Below, one piece after another: positions 48,501 to 61,279 of a DNA stretch of 64,000 nt. A program made the translations under genes and the position numbers. The notes under the pieces were generated by a model. That model was not told where the DNA came from. It saw only the letters and a program-made list of their open reading frames with translations, and did not search any database. Numbering within the stretch: the stretch's first letter is position 1; every line of letters begins with the position of its first letter. This DNA comes from Alloascoidea hylecoeti (taxonomy: Eukaryota). Location: NCBI GenBank assembly GCA_001600815.1, contig BCKZ01000023.1, positions 1-64,000 of the forward strand, written 5' to 3'.

Positions 48501-50456
48501 ATGTCTGAATACAATATTTACATTGATGATACTCTTACAATTTTATGTGACGAGAAAATGTATAATGAACCAAATCTTCCTATAAATAGGGTAACACATA
48601 AAGAGCATCTATCTGATGTTACACAAATGTTCGGTGAAGACATTGAAAGATTTTCAGATGATTATCCAAAAAGTAAGGGTGATATTAATTATAATGTGAT
48701 ATATGAAGAAGAATTAGGTCCAGTAAGAATAACAAGTCTTCCTAAAGAACTAATTGATATAATTTGTGATTATCTATCGTTAATTGATGCATATAACTTA
48801 TGTATTACAACAAGGTCGTTATATCAATTATATGATAGACCTACGTTTGGATTAGCTATGTGTCTTGAATTGGAGCATAATAAACTACTTAACAAAACGG
48901 TGCTGAAAAGTCTAATGAAAAACTTGGAAAACTTTACTGAAACGATTCATGTCACAGATTCTAATATATTCAAGAAGCCAAAATTTAATAAGATCTTTTC
49001 TCCTGATTTGTACGATATAATTGATAAATTAATATACTCAAGTAATGATTCGGCTGCAGAGGTTTTAGAAAAAATTCAAGGCTCGGGTTTTTTAGAAATC
49101 AATGATAATTCTTGGGATTTATTAAGCAGAGACACAAATAATGACAATCATACTACAGTTCAATTAATGCCTTATGATTATAATAGACCAACAGAAGGAA
49201 CCCAGTTTGATATCGATATACAAAATCAAAAGTTTATCACATTATTACCAAAAATGATAAATTCAATTAGTAATTCACTAGATAAATATGATTGGAAAAA
49301 TACACATCTTGTCGAAAATATAAACATAAACAAAGAGCAAAAAAATTGGAATATTCCGATAGATTTCAATAAGGAAAGGAAACTTGATTATAGGTGGGAG
49401 AATGTTGAAGATATTAATGGATATCGATTGGCTTTAAAAAAAGTAATAGATGAATCAAAATTAAAAGACAATCGATTTTTAAACATAAGAAAATTCAGTA
49501 CAACCAATGGAAAATATTTGATATTACTGCCCAGTAATAATATTGATTTTAAAGATCATAAGAATGATATTACTATAAGCTGTTATAAAATGAACAACTC
49601 AAATAATAGCATATTATCATGGGAAGCAAATCTTTCAACAAATAACATTAATAAACTACAAGTTTCAATAAAAGTTAAACCTCAAATATCTAGACATTTT
49701 GCTATTATACCTATTGAAATGATAACGCATGATCTTGAATTAAATTTTTATTGGTTGATTTTTGAATTAGCATCGGGAAATTATATTGGGAGTTATAAAA
49801 TTCCATTTGATGATTTAGAAGGAAAAGTTTTGGAAAATTTCCATGATAATAATTATCTTATAAACCAACTTTATCTTTATGGATCACATATATTTATAGT
49901 TAAAAATAAATTTTCATTTCATGAAAGTGGATATGTTGAGCCAAGTGGATTCCAGTTATTAACAACAACTTTTGAATCGTTTTTAAAAGGACTTGAAATC
50001 GATAGTGAGATTAAAGTTCATGTTAAAGCAATTGATCAAAATACTCAGGATAGTAGCTCGTTTCTAGCTAATAGATTTCGACCGAAAATAAAGAATGCGG
50101 CTGATGATAATTGTGGCACCAATTGGAAAATACTATTTGAAACAGCGGATAAACCAAATTGTCAATATCAATTTGGAACCGGAATTGAAGAGCTGGAAAT
50201 AGATCATAAGAAAACGCTTTTTTATATCTGGAATAATAAAATTGCACTCCAAATGAATTACGAAATAAAGAAGACAAGATCGAGTGGATTATCACGTAAA
50301 GAATATTTATTTTTATATGATTTGGAAACTTATAAGCGCAAATATATTGAACTTGATGTTGATTGGCAATCAAGAATGAGAAATGGTATGATTATGGTGG
50401 ACGATTACTTGAATTTTGTCGTTGTAGGAAAAGGATTTGTATCCGTTCCTATCTAA
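48501..50456 (+). CDS. F-box domain protein, lineage-specific
   Basis: ITSLPKELIDIICDYLSLIDAYNLCITTRSLY is an F-box motif. The C-terminus is beta-rich. Confidence 0.75.
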   Translation: MSEYNIYIDDTLTILCDEKMYNEPNLPINRVTHKEHLSDVTQMFGEDIERFSDDYPKSKGDINYNVIYEEELGPVRITSLPKELIDIICDYLSLIDAYNLCITTRSLYQLYDRPTFGLAMCLELEHNKLLNKTVLKSLMKNLENFTETIHVTDSNIFKKPKFNKIFSPDLYDIIDKLIYSSNDSAAEVLEKIQGSGFLEINDNSWDLLSRDTNNDNHTTVQLMPYDYNRPTEGTQFDIDIQNQKFITLLPKMINSISNSLDKYDWKNTHLVENININKEQKNWNIPIDFNKERKLDYRWENVEDINGYRLALKKVIDESKLKDNRFLNIRKFSTTNGKYLILLPSNNIDFKDHKNDITISCYKMNNSNNSILSWEANLSTNNINKLQVSIKVKPQISRHFAIIPIEMITHDLELNFYWLIFELASGNYIGSYKIPFDDLEGKVLENFHDNNYLINQLYLYGSHIFIVKNKFSFHESGYVEPSGFQLLTTTFESFLKGLEIDSEIKVHVKAIDQNTQDSSSFLANRFRPKIKNAADDNCGTNWKILFETADKPNCQYQFGTGIEELEIDHKKTLFYIWNNKIALQMNYEIKKTRSSGLSRKEYLFLYDLETYKRKYIELDVDWQSRMRNGMIMVDDYLNFVVVGKGFVSVPI

Positions 50457-50771
50457 TTATAAATATCCAATATTGAATAGATTTTTATATAATTATTATG
50501 TTAATGTTATGATGCATATGCCCATTTTTCCGTACTTAGATCACACTGATCACAGAAATATATCGTAATAATAATATCCGTAAAATTTCCAATTTCCCAG
50601 TTCTATTAATAATTGATTAACATCACAGATTTACAATGTTAATGTTAAATACTGATGAAAGACGGATAAATAATAAATGTTATATAAAACTATAAAATTC
50701 CATCAATTTGAAATAATATACATCTTATTCACATTTGCGTATATATCCGATTATATCGACATCATTACGAT

Positions 50772-51649
50772 ATGGGTTTACATCAACCAGAAGACTTAAA
50801 AGTATTCAATCTATTTAGCCTTAAAGGTAAGGTTAGTTTAGTTACAGGCTCAACGAAAGGAATTGGTCTAGCCGTTGCTATTGGATTAGCAGAAGCTGGA
50901 TCAGACATCGCAATAGTTTACAGATCGACACCAGCTGAAGAAGCTGAAAAGATCAGCAATGATTTGGCAGCAGCAAATGGTGTTCGAGTTAAATCATATC
51001 AAGCAGACGTTACAAACAGAGAAAGAATTTCAAATGTAGTTCAACAGGTTGTGAGAGACTTTGGGAAACTTGATGTGGTTGTTATAAATTCCGGTATTTC
51101 AGTTCCTGAACCTGCTGAGGAAGTAACTGAAAAGGTTTATCATGATATTTTCGGTGTTAATGTTGATGGTGCATTTTTCACTGCTCAAGCTGCTGGTAAA
51201 GTGTTTAAAAGCTTAGTTGCTGATGGAGTCATTAAACAAGGCAAAATTATCTTTACTGCTTCTGTCTCTGCAGTTGTTGTTAATATTCCTCAAAAACAAT
51301 CCATTTACAATGCTTCAAAGGCTGCTGTGGTCAGATTAGCTAAATGTTTGGCCGTTGAATGGGTGGATTTTGCGAGGGTTAATTGTGTTTCTCCTGGTTA
51401 CGTTAATACAGAAATGGTAGCTTCTTTCCCTAAAGATTGGTTAGCAAAGTGGTTGAGTATAAATCCAGCTCAAAGAAATTGCTCACCATACGAATTAAAA
51501 GGTTCTTATGTGTTTCTTGCAAGCGATGCTTCTAGCTATATAACTGGTGAAAATCTTGTAACTGATGGTGGAGTAAGTATTTTAAATTTAATGTCTATTT
51601 ACAAAGTGATACTAACTATAACTTAATCATCTAGATATCTTTACCTTAA
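50772..51649 (+). CDS. Short-chain dehydrogenase (Sou1-like sorbose reductase/mannitol dehydrogenase); intron 51573-51634
   Basis: TGSTKGIG, YNASK, ARVNCVSPGY. Intron GTAAGT..TACTAAC..TAG gives the C-terminus TDGG/ISLP*. Confidence 0.9.
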
Positions 51650-51835
51650 ATGTTGATGATGATCATGATTTTATCAATTGCAATTGCAGGAAATGTTATT
51701 TACGTAAATTGATAGTGCAATTAATTTTTTTCTCTTTGTAGCGTATATAATTAGAAACTATATAGAAAATAAACATAAATCCAATTTTAATTATATGCAT
51801 AAGTCCAAAATTTTTCAATTAAAACAATGAAATAA

Positions 51836-54800
51836 TTAAGATATATTTAGTACTTGTTTTAATTGTTTAATTAATAACCAATCATCTCTTGGAACAGAAT
51901 CACGGAAAGCTGCGTCCTTTAATGTATCAATCGATCGTCGTGTAATAACAGAATAAAGAGTATCAGACTCATCAAAATGACGACCCCAAACTAACTGTTG
52001 ACCGGATGAGGTATCTAAACGCATTGAAACACCTTGATTCGTTTGCCCCTTTTTGATAACATCAAAAGGTTGATGATTAATTTGTAAACTTTGAACAACA
52101 CCTAATTTATGAACCACCTTTTCATTCGTTACAGGGTCAGGTCTAACAAACCCAATTGGTGTACCAATTCTAAGACTACCTTCTAAAATTTCAATACCGA
52201 TAATCATTGGGTTTCTATTGTTAATCATTTGAAGTGTTTTTAAAACACATGGGAAAATTGCAAAATGCAAGTTTTCTTTTCGTTTTTCTTCCAATAATTT
52301 ATTTTGATAAGCAGTAAATTCATCAAATAAATGATAAATAATATCGGCATTAAATATCGTAATACCATGTTCTGTAGCATACTGTTCAGCTTCTTTATCA
52401 ATTTTAACATCAAAACAAAGCATAACCGCATACTCTTTTGCTTTATCAAGCATTGTGGTTGCTTTCATAACATCACGTTTATAAACTGGACCAATACCAA
52501 TTGACATGACAGGGATTTTCATACTCTTTAAAAAGTCTAGCAAAGCTTCCAGTGAACCTAATGTTGATGCCTGGACAGTAACACCTCTACCGCTTGTATC
52601 AACGGAATCTAACAAAGTAGAAAGATCTTCCATAACCTCTTCCATAAGGTCTTCTTCATCATCATCAGGGCCAACAACTAATAATCTTGAACCAGCAACA
52701 GCTTTTTCTAAATCATTAGCCGAAATCTTAACACCAAGAGCAGCCTTAACTTCTTTATTATGAACATAAGCAGATTTAATACGTAGTTCTCTTAATGGTT
52801 GAGGTGTTAGTAGGGCTCTAATATTTGTTACTATAGGACCATTCAAACCACATAAAACAATTCTATCACCCTCTTTCAACACACCATTCGATAAAATAAC
52901 ATCAATTGTAGTACCTAAACCTTCAATAACTTTAACTTCTAAAATTGTTGCTTCAATTCCAGATAAATACATTAATTGTTTACTCATTCTCTTTTGAGTT
53001 AATTCAAGTAATAACCATAATAAATCAGGTACACCTTCACCAGTAACGGCAGAAGTTGGAATAATTGAAACAAATTTTGACATGTTTTTATTTTGGAAAT
53101 ATAATTCAGAATTTAGACCTTGTTCAGCTAGGGCAACTTTAATTTTGCCTAACCTATCTTCAAATTCTCTCTGAACTGACTTTTTTTGTTTTGCGAATGA
53201 ATCTCTAAATGAATTGTTTGGGAATGTTTCCCACGAATAAAGTCTATCAATCTTATTTAAGGCAACAACAAATGGTGTTTTTCTATCTCTTAATAGACGA
53301 ATAGATTCTAATGTTTGTTGTTCAAGACCGTGCATCAGATCAATAACTAGAATGGCAATATTACATAATGATGAACCTCTAGATCTTAAATTTGTAAAAG
53401 ATTCGTGACCTGGTGTATCAATGATTAATAGACCTGGTACATTAAATATAGATTCCTCATAATTTTGCATAACAGCGGTTTTTTGTTTAATTGCTTCAAT
53501 TGGGAAATATGTTGCACCAATTTGTTGAGTAATTCCACCAGCTTCACCTTCTTGGACATTTGTTTGACGAATTTTATCTAAAAGTTTTGTTTTACCTGTA
53601 TCAACATGACCAAGAATACAACAAATTGGGGATCTTAAATTTGATTCATTTTGTCCAACGGGTGGTTTGTGCTTCTTTCTCATTAATGCTGCTTGAATAA
53701 TTGCATCTTCTTCTTCCTTAGCTTTTGCTTTGGCTTCAAGTTCAGCTTTTGCCTTTGCCTCACGATCAGCTATTTCCTTTTCTTTTGCAATTTTAAGAGC
53801 TTTTGCCTCAGCTTCAAGTTTAGCCTTTTCTTCTGCCTTCTTTTGAGCTTTTCGTTGTTCTTCTTTTTGTTTCTTCTCAGCTTCCTCTTCCTCCCAATCT
53901 TTAACTTCTCCGTCTGAATCTAAAGCAGCTTCCCAGTCATCAAGAATAGCATCCTCTTCATCATCTTCAGAGACACCTTTTTCCCAATCTTCCTGTTCTT
54001 CCTCCTCATCCTCAATTTTCTTTTCAATTTTAGGTGGTTTAGATTCAGGTTCGGGTGTAGCTTCATTGGAAGAATGTTTATTGTGATCTTTCTTAGATTT
54101 CTTTTTACCATAAACGGGTTTCTTCTTTTTGTTATCAGCTGTTAACCCTTCAACAATAATATTTCCGGATGCAAGTAATTGTTCACGACGACGTTCAGCA
54201 AGTTTTAATTGCTCTTTTTGTTTCTTTGTTAATAATTTACCCTGAGCTTTCAATTCTTCTCTTTTTTGCTTTTCTTTCTCCTTTTTACGAAGTCTTGCTT
54301 CCTCTTTCTTTTTAGCTTCCTCTGCAATTAAACGCTCTTCTTCTTCGGCTTTCTTTCTTTCTTCCTCTGCAGCCTTTTCAGCCTCTTCTTCAGCTTTCTT
54401 TTTCAATTCCATCTGTTTTTTTAAAGCAGCTAAACCAGCAGGTATTTTTTTGCCCTTCTTACCCTTTGCAGTTGAAGCAGCTGCAGCTGCAGCTGTTGGC
54501 TTTTCATCTTCCGGGGCTGGAGAACTTTCCTTAGAATCAGCTTTTGCAGGGGCAGGTTTTTGGGAAGCTTTCTGAGCAGCTTTTTTCTTTTCAGCCAACA
54601 GTTTTTTTCTTTGCTTTTCCTTTTCTTTCTTTTCACGCTCTTTTTCCTTTTTGCTTTTAATAACTGGCTTGTTGTCATCATTTTGTGTATCAGCTTCGGT
54701 ATTAACTTTCTCTTTTTGCTTATTCTTTGATTTCCTGAGTGTTGCCATAAAATCATTGTCAAAATCCTCAGCGGAGGCAGTTACTGGTTCAGTTGGCTCA

Positions 54801-55000
54801 TTTGAAGCAGCTGGTTCGTCTGCTGAAGGTTCAGGCTGAACACCGAATTCTTCCGCAGGTTCGGATTCATAATCCCAATCATCATTACCTTTCTTTCCTT
54901 TCTTATCTCTAGAAACAAACGAATTGAAGCATGTTAGTTAGTAGACTGTTCCAAAAGTGCTATCAAGCTATATTGCGAGTACTACTTACTTTTTACCCAT
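51836..55000 (-). CDS. FUN12: Translation initiation factor eIF5B; intron 54989-54909
   Basis: [25 protein letters not shown]. An 11-nt first coding exon ATGGGTAAAAA splices in frame through GTAAGT..TACTAAC..TAG. Confidence 0.97.
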
Positions 55001-55319
55001 TGTTAATCGTACTATCCTCTTCAGAAAAAGTGAAAAATCTTTCCAGATCAAATTTACCCGGCTTTTGAAGTTTTGAAATTTCGGAAGCAGGCATCCGAAA
55101 ACAGACATGGGTAACTTCCGGAATATAGAAATTAAAATAAATTACGATTTAAGTAACGTGACTTTGCACCTTTTTAAATTTCTGTGATTCGCTCTCTTTT
55201 CCCCCTTTCCCAGCCACAATTACCGGATTTGTACTTACAAGCCACAATTTTGTCTATCTTCCAAGTAAGTGCCAGTAATATTTTACGATTATGATTATCT
55301 ACTAATTTGATGATGCTAG

Positions 55320-56081
55320 ATGCTTAATATTCAGCCGTCTGCTTCTAATTTCCCCGTTGGGGCCGAGTGTGGACATCCGTCGTCCGTTTCCTCCAATTCG
55401 CCACCTTCATCAATCTCCTCGAAAAAATCTTTTACTGAACTCGTCAATAGAATAGGCCATGAATTATCCTTATCGAAGTGTGAAAAGTTTGAAGATGTCA
55501 ACTATAAAAATTTGATAAGGATTATGAATGAATATGACTCATCTATTAATCCTGAGGAATGGGAAAAGTTTGCTTTACATGATTTTAAAAGAAACTACAC
55601 TAGAAATGGTGTTGAAGAGTTTAAAGAAAAAGCAAACTTATTAATATTAGTGTGGTCTCCTAACAGAGGTTCAATGATTCACGATCATGCTGGTGCTCAT
55701 TGTGTAATGAAAGTCTTAAAAGGTCAGTTGACGGAAAATCTTTATTCTGTTCCTCCTGAAAATGAAAATGATCTCAATGATAGCAATCATAATCATGATG
55801 TTGGTTGCGGAAATCGCCCATGTAAAATTGAACGACAAACAAAGATAAAAGCAAACGATGTTGCTTATATATCAGATAAAATTGGTTTACATCGAATTGC
55901 AAATGAAAGCCCAAATGAGATTGCTGTTTCTTTACATTTGTATACTCCTCCTTATGCTGCAAAATACGGTTGCCATATCTTTGAAGAGGGTAATGGGAAA
56001 AAACATTTGGTTGACATGTCCAAGTTGTACAGTTGGAAGGGAGTTGTTAATGATCAAACAACAAGAAGTAGTACTTGTTAA
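55320..56081 (+). CDS. CDG1: Cysteine dioxygenase
   Basis: YTRN, W.P..GS.IHDHA.AHC.MK.L.G, GLHRI and SLHLYTPP. Confidence 0.93.
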   Translation: MLNIQPSASNFPVGAECGHPSSVSSNSPPSSISSKKSFTELVNRIGHELSLSKCEKFEDVNYKNLIRIMNEYDSSINPEEWEKFALHDFKRNYTRNGVEEFKEKANLLILVWSPNRGSMIHDHAGAHCVMKVLKGQLTENLYSVPPENENDLNDSNHNHDVGCGNRPCKIERQTKIKANDVAYISDKIGLHRIANESPNEIAVSLHLYTPPYAAKYGCHIFEEGNGKKHLVDMSKLYSWKGVVNDQTTRSSTC

Positions 56082-56176
56082 TTATAAAAACGTATTTATT
56101 TCGCACGTTATGTTCTATCAGTATATATTAAGCGCGCACACAAGAATGATTCTATATTATAATATGTAAGTTTAGC

Positions 56177-56240
56177 AATAAAAAAATAAAAAAATAAAAA
56201 AATAAAAAAATAAAAAAATAAAAAAATAAAAAATAAAAAT
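56177..56240 (+). repeat. (A)5-7T tandem repeat
   Basis: aataaaaaaataaaaaaat..., about 8 units. Confidence 0.85.
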
Positions 56241-56635
56241 CTTAATGTTTGTTTCTAAATATCAAGAGCATATAAGTAGCAACAGATGGATGTACTTGTA
56301 ATAAGGGCTAGAAGTATGCTCCTTGGATATAGAAATTATATACAGTAATTAGTAATATTTCAAGATCCAGCCTATTGTTATAGCACCAAAAAGACTTAAA
56401 TGTCATACGAGAATATCCCGTATCTAGCAATGACGGCACTTTTATGCATTTCCTGTCGGCTGTGCTTGAATATATTGCCATCGTTAGTGCGATGAATAAA
56501 AAGATTATTATAACTTTTATTAAAAAAGTCCGGAAGCAGTTGCATTTGTCATTCCTGATCACGTGTGCATCTATAAGTCCAAAATATAAAAACAAGATCA
56601 GATCTTCTTTTTTGCCTTCTACAACAATAAAAAAT

Positions 56636-57127
56636 ATGACTGCTTCTTCATTCTACGAACTTGCTCCTCTAAACAAAAAAGGGGAACCTTTCCCATTTTC
56701 CGATTTAAAAGGAAAAGTTGTTATCATTGTCAATGTTGCTTCAAAATGTGGTTTCACTCCTCAATATAAAGAACTTGAGGCTCTTTATGAAGAATATGGC
56801 TCAAAAGGTTTAGAGATTATTGGTTTCCCATGTAATCAATTTGGTCATCAAGAACCTGGATCGGATGAGGAAATTACACAATTTTGTTCTTTAAACTATG
56901 GTGTTACATTTCCAATCTTGAAAAAGATCGACGTTAATGGTTCAAATCAAGATCCTGTTTATGATTTCTTAAAATCAAAAAAAGGTGGGGTTTTGGGGTT
57001 TAAAGGAATTAAATGGAATTTTGAAAAATTCTTGATTGATAAGGAAGGTAACGTTGAAAACCGTTATTCTTCTTTAACTAAACCTTCTTCATTAAAGGCA
57101 ACTATTGATGCTTTATTGAAGAAATAG
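56636..57127 (+). CDS. Glutathione peroxidase-like (Gpx2/Hyr1 family)
   Basis: VNVASKCGFTPQY, GFPCNQFG.QEPG, FC.LNYGVTFP and IKWNFEKFL. Start MTASSFY. Confidence 0.95.
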   Translation: MTASSFYELAPLNKKGEPFPFSDLKGKVVIIVNVASKCGFTPQYKELEALYEEYGSKGLEIIGFPCNQFGHQEPGSDEEITQFCSLNYGVTFPILKKIDVNGSNQDPVYDFLKSKKGGVLGFKGIKWNFEKFLIDKEGNVENRYSSLTKPSSLKATIDALLKK

Positions 57128-57275
57128 ATTGATATCAATATTTGTTAAACATATGATAAATTTGTACTTTGATTACATGTAATTAATTTTAATTGGCTAT
57201 TACTACATTTCGTATGTGTATACCTGCGTAGATACACATACTACATTTTGTTTATTTATAATCATATTCTTACAA

Positions 57276-60200
57276 TTAACGTTTGGTCCTGTTGCTAGTC
57301 CTTCTCCCTTTCTTCTTTGTCTCCTTATTAACAGGAGTATTACTTTCACTTCCAGCAGGTCTTCCAACTCGTCGTTTTTTAGTCGCTGGCTCTTCATCAA
57401 TATCCTCCAACTCGGAAAGTTCTGAGTCTTCAGAATTTATTAACATTGCGACATCATCCAATTCACTTTCTTCACTTGTAGTTTCAACTATTCTAGATCG
57501 TTTTTTAGATGGTGTTTGTTTTTTAATTGATGATTTCCGTCGACCTGCTTTGCCTTTAACTGGCGAGGAAGTGGCTTTCTTCTTACCCTTTGCCTTTTCT
57601 TTTACCTTTGATTTGTCTTTTAACTTCAACTTATCAGCTTTCTTCTTTTCTAATTCAATTGATTCTTGTTCTTTAACAAGGCATGATAGTAACGTTTGAC
57701 ACCTTCTTGATAATTCAATAGATGTTCTAGATAAGAAAAACCAATCAAATTGAAATAAAGGAGATTGACGAATTCTATCTCTAATAATATCATAAGCATT
57801 AATATCATTATATTCGGCTTCTTTGATACCAATTTTATCAAGACACATTAATAAATAACGATCTTCTTCTTCTGAATAATATTTTCGAACACTATTTGCT
57901 GGTGGATAATTTATAATTAATTCTTGTAATGGATTTTCATACATTGAAATTTTTTTAGATAAAATATCCTGTTGATGTTGAAGTTTACGATTTTTGGTTT
58001 CACCTGATTCAATTTGTTGTATATAACGATCATATCCTGAAATTTCAGTATATCTTTGCCAAAAAACTTTTGAATATTCTTTAATATCTTCAATTGTTTT
58101 TGTTTTTGTTCCATTACCGCTCCCATTGTTACTACTTTCAGATAATTGAAATTCTAATGCAATATCTTTATAATTGCTCCTACCATGTTTTGCACACATT
58201 TGTATAAAATGTGTAAAATCACGTCTTGACCAATTATTAAACCCACCTTGTTCAATTAATTCTTTCTTTAATGTCTCTTCCTTTTCAGTTAAGGGCTCTG
58301 CATTATCGATTAATGCTTGTTCTTTTTCCACTTCCTTATTGGATTTTTTATCCTTCTCAGAAATTGGTACTTTATAATTTACAGTTTTATTATAATAAAG
58401 TTTTTCCTTTTCATATAATTCAATTAATTTTAATGAATAAAATTGATGATCTTGTATATGAATTTGTTTTGGTGCTTTTGGACCTAAATTTTTAGAAGAT
58501 GATGTTCTACCACCAGTATGTAAAACATCTTTATAATACATATCAACTGAATAATTCTCTTTACGTTCTCTTTTTGATGGATTTAACCAAATATTATGAA
58601 TTTTACCATGATTTGGTTTCTTTTTAAAATCTTCTCCATTCCATTCATAAGCTGAATCTGAAGTAAATTTTTGTAAATCATCTAAACCAAGTTTTGAATA
58701 TCGAGAATTTAAAGCTGCTGTTTTTTCTTCTCCCTTTTTAACAATTGCTTCAATATCAATATCATCTTCTTTAATTTCTTCCATTTTGTTACCATTTGAA
58801 TCTATGGTTTTCTTAGAAGTATCATTATTTGAAGTTTCAGTTTCAAAAATTTCTGATGCACCATATTGAATCATATTTAATAAATCTCCTTTTGAATTTG
58901 CTTTACTTTTATTTGATTTATTTGATGATACTCTACCTTGTTGAATAACCAATTGATCTAATCGTAATTTTTGAGTTGCTCTTTCAATAACTTTTTCTTC
59001 GATTGCATTTTCAGTAACAAATCTATAAACAACAACTTGTTTTGTTTGACCAATTCTATGAGCTCTATCCATTGCCTGTAAATCAGCTTGTGGATTCCAA
59101 TCTGAATCATATAATACAACGGTATCAGCAGTTGTTAAATTAATACCTAAACCACCAGCTCTTGTTGTTAACAAAAAGACAAATTTACTTGAGCCTGGTT
59201 TATTATATTCATCAATTGCTTTAATTCGATCTTCATGATCTGTTTGTCCATCAATTCTACAATATTCAAATTCTCGGAATAAACAATAATCTTCTAAAAT
59301 ATCTAACATTCTACTCATTTGTGAAAAAATTAAAACTCTTGATCCTTTTGCCCGAGTAGTTTTTAATAATCTATCAAGAATTTTCATTTTACCAGAATTA
59401 TAAACTAAATGTTCATCTGTTGTATATGGTGGACCAGGTTCAGCACTTTCAAATAAATAAGGATGATTACAACATTTTCTTAATTGCATGACTATATTTA
59501 ATAATCTTGTTTTTGATTCTTTTTTACCATTTGCTCCATTTACTGCATCAATATCTTTTTCTAAAATTTTTTTATACCATTTAATTTGCATGTTTGACAT
59601 ACCGGTATAAATGTTAACTTCTTTTTTTGGTAATAAAGATTTTTCAACATCAGATTTAATTCTTCTTAATAAAAATGGTTTTAATACTTTATGTAATTGT
59701 TTTACAATTTCATCTTGATTTTTCTTTTTTTCTTCTTCAGATATAACAATTTCTTCAGAATCTGGATTTTTACCAGTATCAAACCATTCATCAAATGAAT
59801 CAGAATCACCAAAAATATCAGGCAATATAAAATTTAATAATGCCCATAATTCATGTAAATTATTTTGTAGAGGAGTACCAGTAATTAATAATCTATTTTT
59901 TGAACTGAAAACTCGAATAATTTGTGATAACATTGATTCTTCATTTTTAATACGATGAGCTTCATCAATTATAATATATTCCCATTGAAATTTATTAAAT
60001 TGTGCTTTTTCTCTAATAACAATTTCATATGATGTTATACAAACATCAAAATCACAAGATAATAATTTATTTTTAATTTGATCTTGTCTAGCTTCTTTAT
60101 CACCTTGTAAAATGAAAACATTAATTTCAGGTATCCATCTAGCAAATTCACGAGACCAATTATCTAAAGTTGATTTAGGTACAATTACTAAATGTGGACC

Positions 60201-61054
60201 ACAAACACCTTGTATAAAACGTAAATAACCAAGAAAAGATATAGTTTGAAGAGTTTTACCTAAACCCATTTCATCAGCTAAAATACCAGAAATATTATTT
60301 TCATGTAACGAAATTAACCAATTTAAACCGGAAATTTGATAATAACGTAATTCACCATTTACAAATGCTGGACTTTCATCAAAAATAGTTGTTTGACCAT
60401 TTGATTGTTCTTCTAATAATAATTCAGCATCTTCTTCCTTTTCAGTTTTACGATGTCTATGATCAATAGTATTTGATGTTGATTTTGCTGATGCTATAGA
60501 ACGAACAGATTCAAGAACTTTTGCAAATTCGGCATCTTTTTTCTGTTTATTTTCTAAGAAATGACTGAAAAGATCAGTGAGACTCATTAAATAAGTGAAT
60601 CTTTTCACAGTGTCTTCAAGCTATTTGATAATTGCAATTAGTTACTTGATTATAATAGTGAGCGATATTAATGTATCAAAACTTACATTTTTCGTTTTCG
60701 AATTTTTATTATTTGCAAGAAGATATTTCGCTTTTTTATCCTCAATACTTAATGGTGTAAAAGCTCTATATGGCGTTTCAACCTCCTACAATCGAATAAT
60801 TAATATTTGGTTTTATTTTATGAAATATAATTATAATGTTTAACATACAGTTGCAGACTCAACTCCCGACTAATCACAAAATCAAGAAACACTTCGGTTA
60901 GTATAATAATATAAATAATATATAAAAAAGCAAATGCGCGACGTACTTCTGATGGAGCTGGACTGGGCGAAGACCAATCATTTGAAATGGCTCCTGCTCC
61001 TGCCTGAAATCGTTCTACAATTGTTTTCTTTTCTGGTAAATTCTCACTCGACAT
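57276..61054 (-). CDS. ISW1: ISWI chromatin-remodelling ATPase; exons 61054-60947, 60869-60849, 60785-60687, 60620-57276
   Basis: SNF2 helicase motifs ([26 protein letters not shown]), [15 protein letters not shown] and HAND-SANT-SLIDE. Three phase-0 introns. Confidence 0.93.
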
Positions 61055-61279
61055 TTCGAAAAGAATCACCAAAAAAATAAAAGAAGGAATAAAAAATGTA
61101 AAAGTGAAAAAAGTAAAAAAATAGAAAGAGAAAAAAGGGAAGACGCGTTATAATTCGGGAAGATAAGTTACATCAGCATTAGGTAACGCACCTCCGGATG
61201 TTACAAAACAAAGTTCCGGATTTCCATTAATCAGCTTATCAGTTTTATATTCTTCTCCCAACAAGTACTGAAAAAAATA

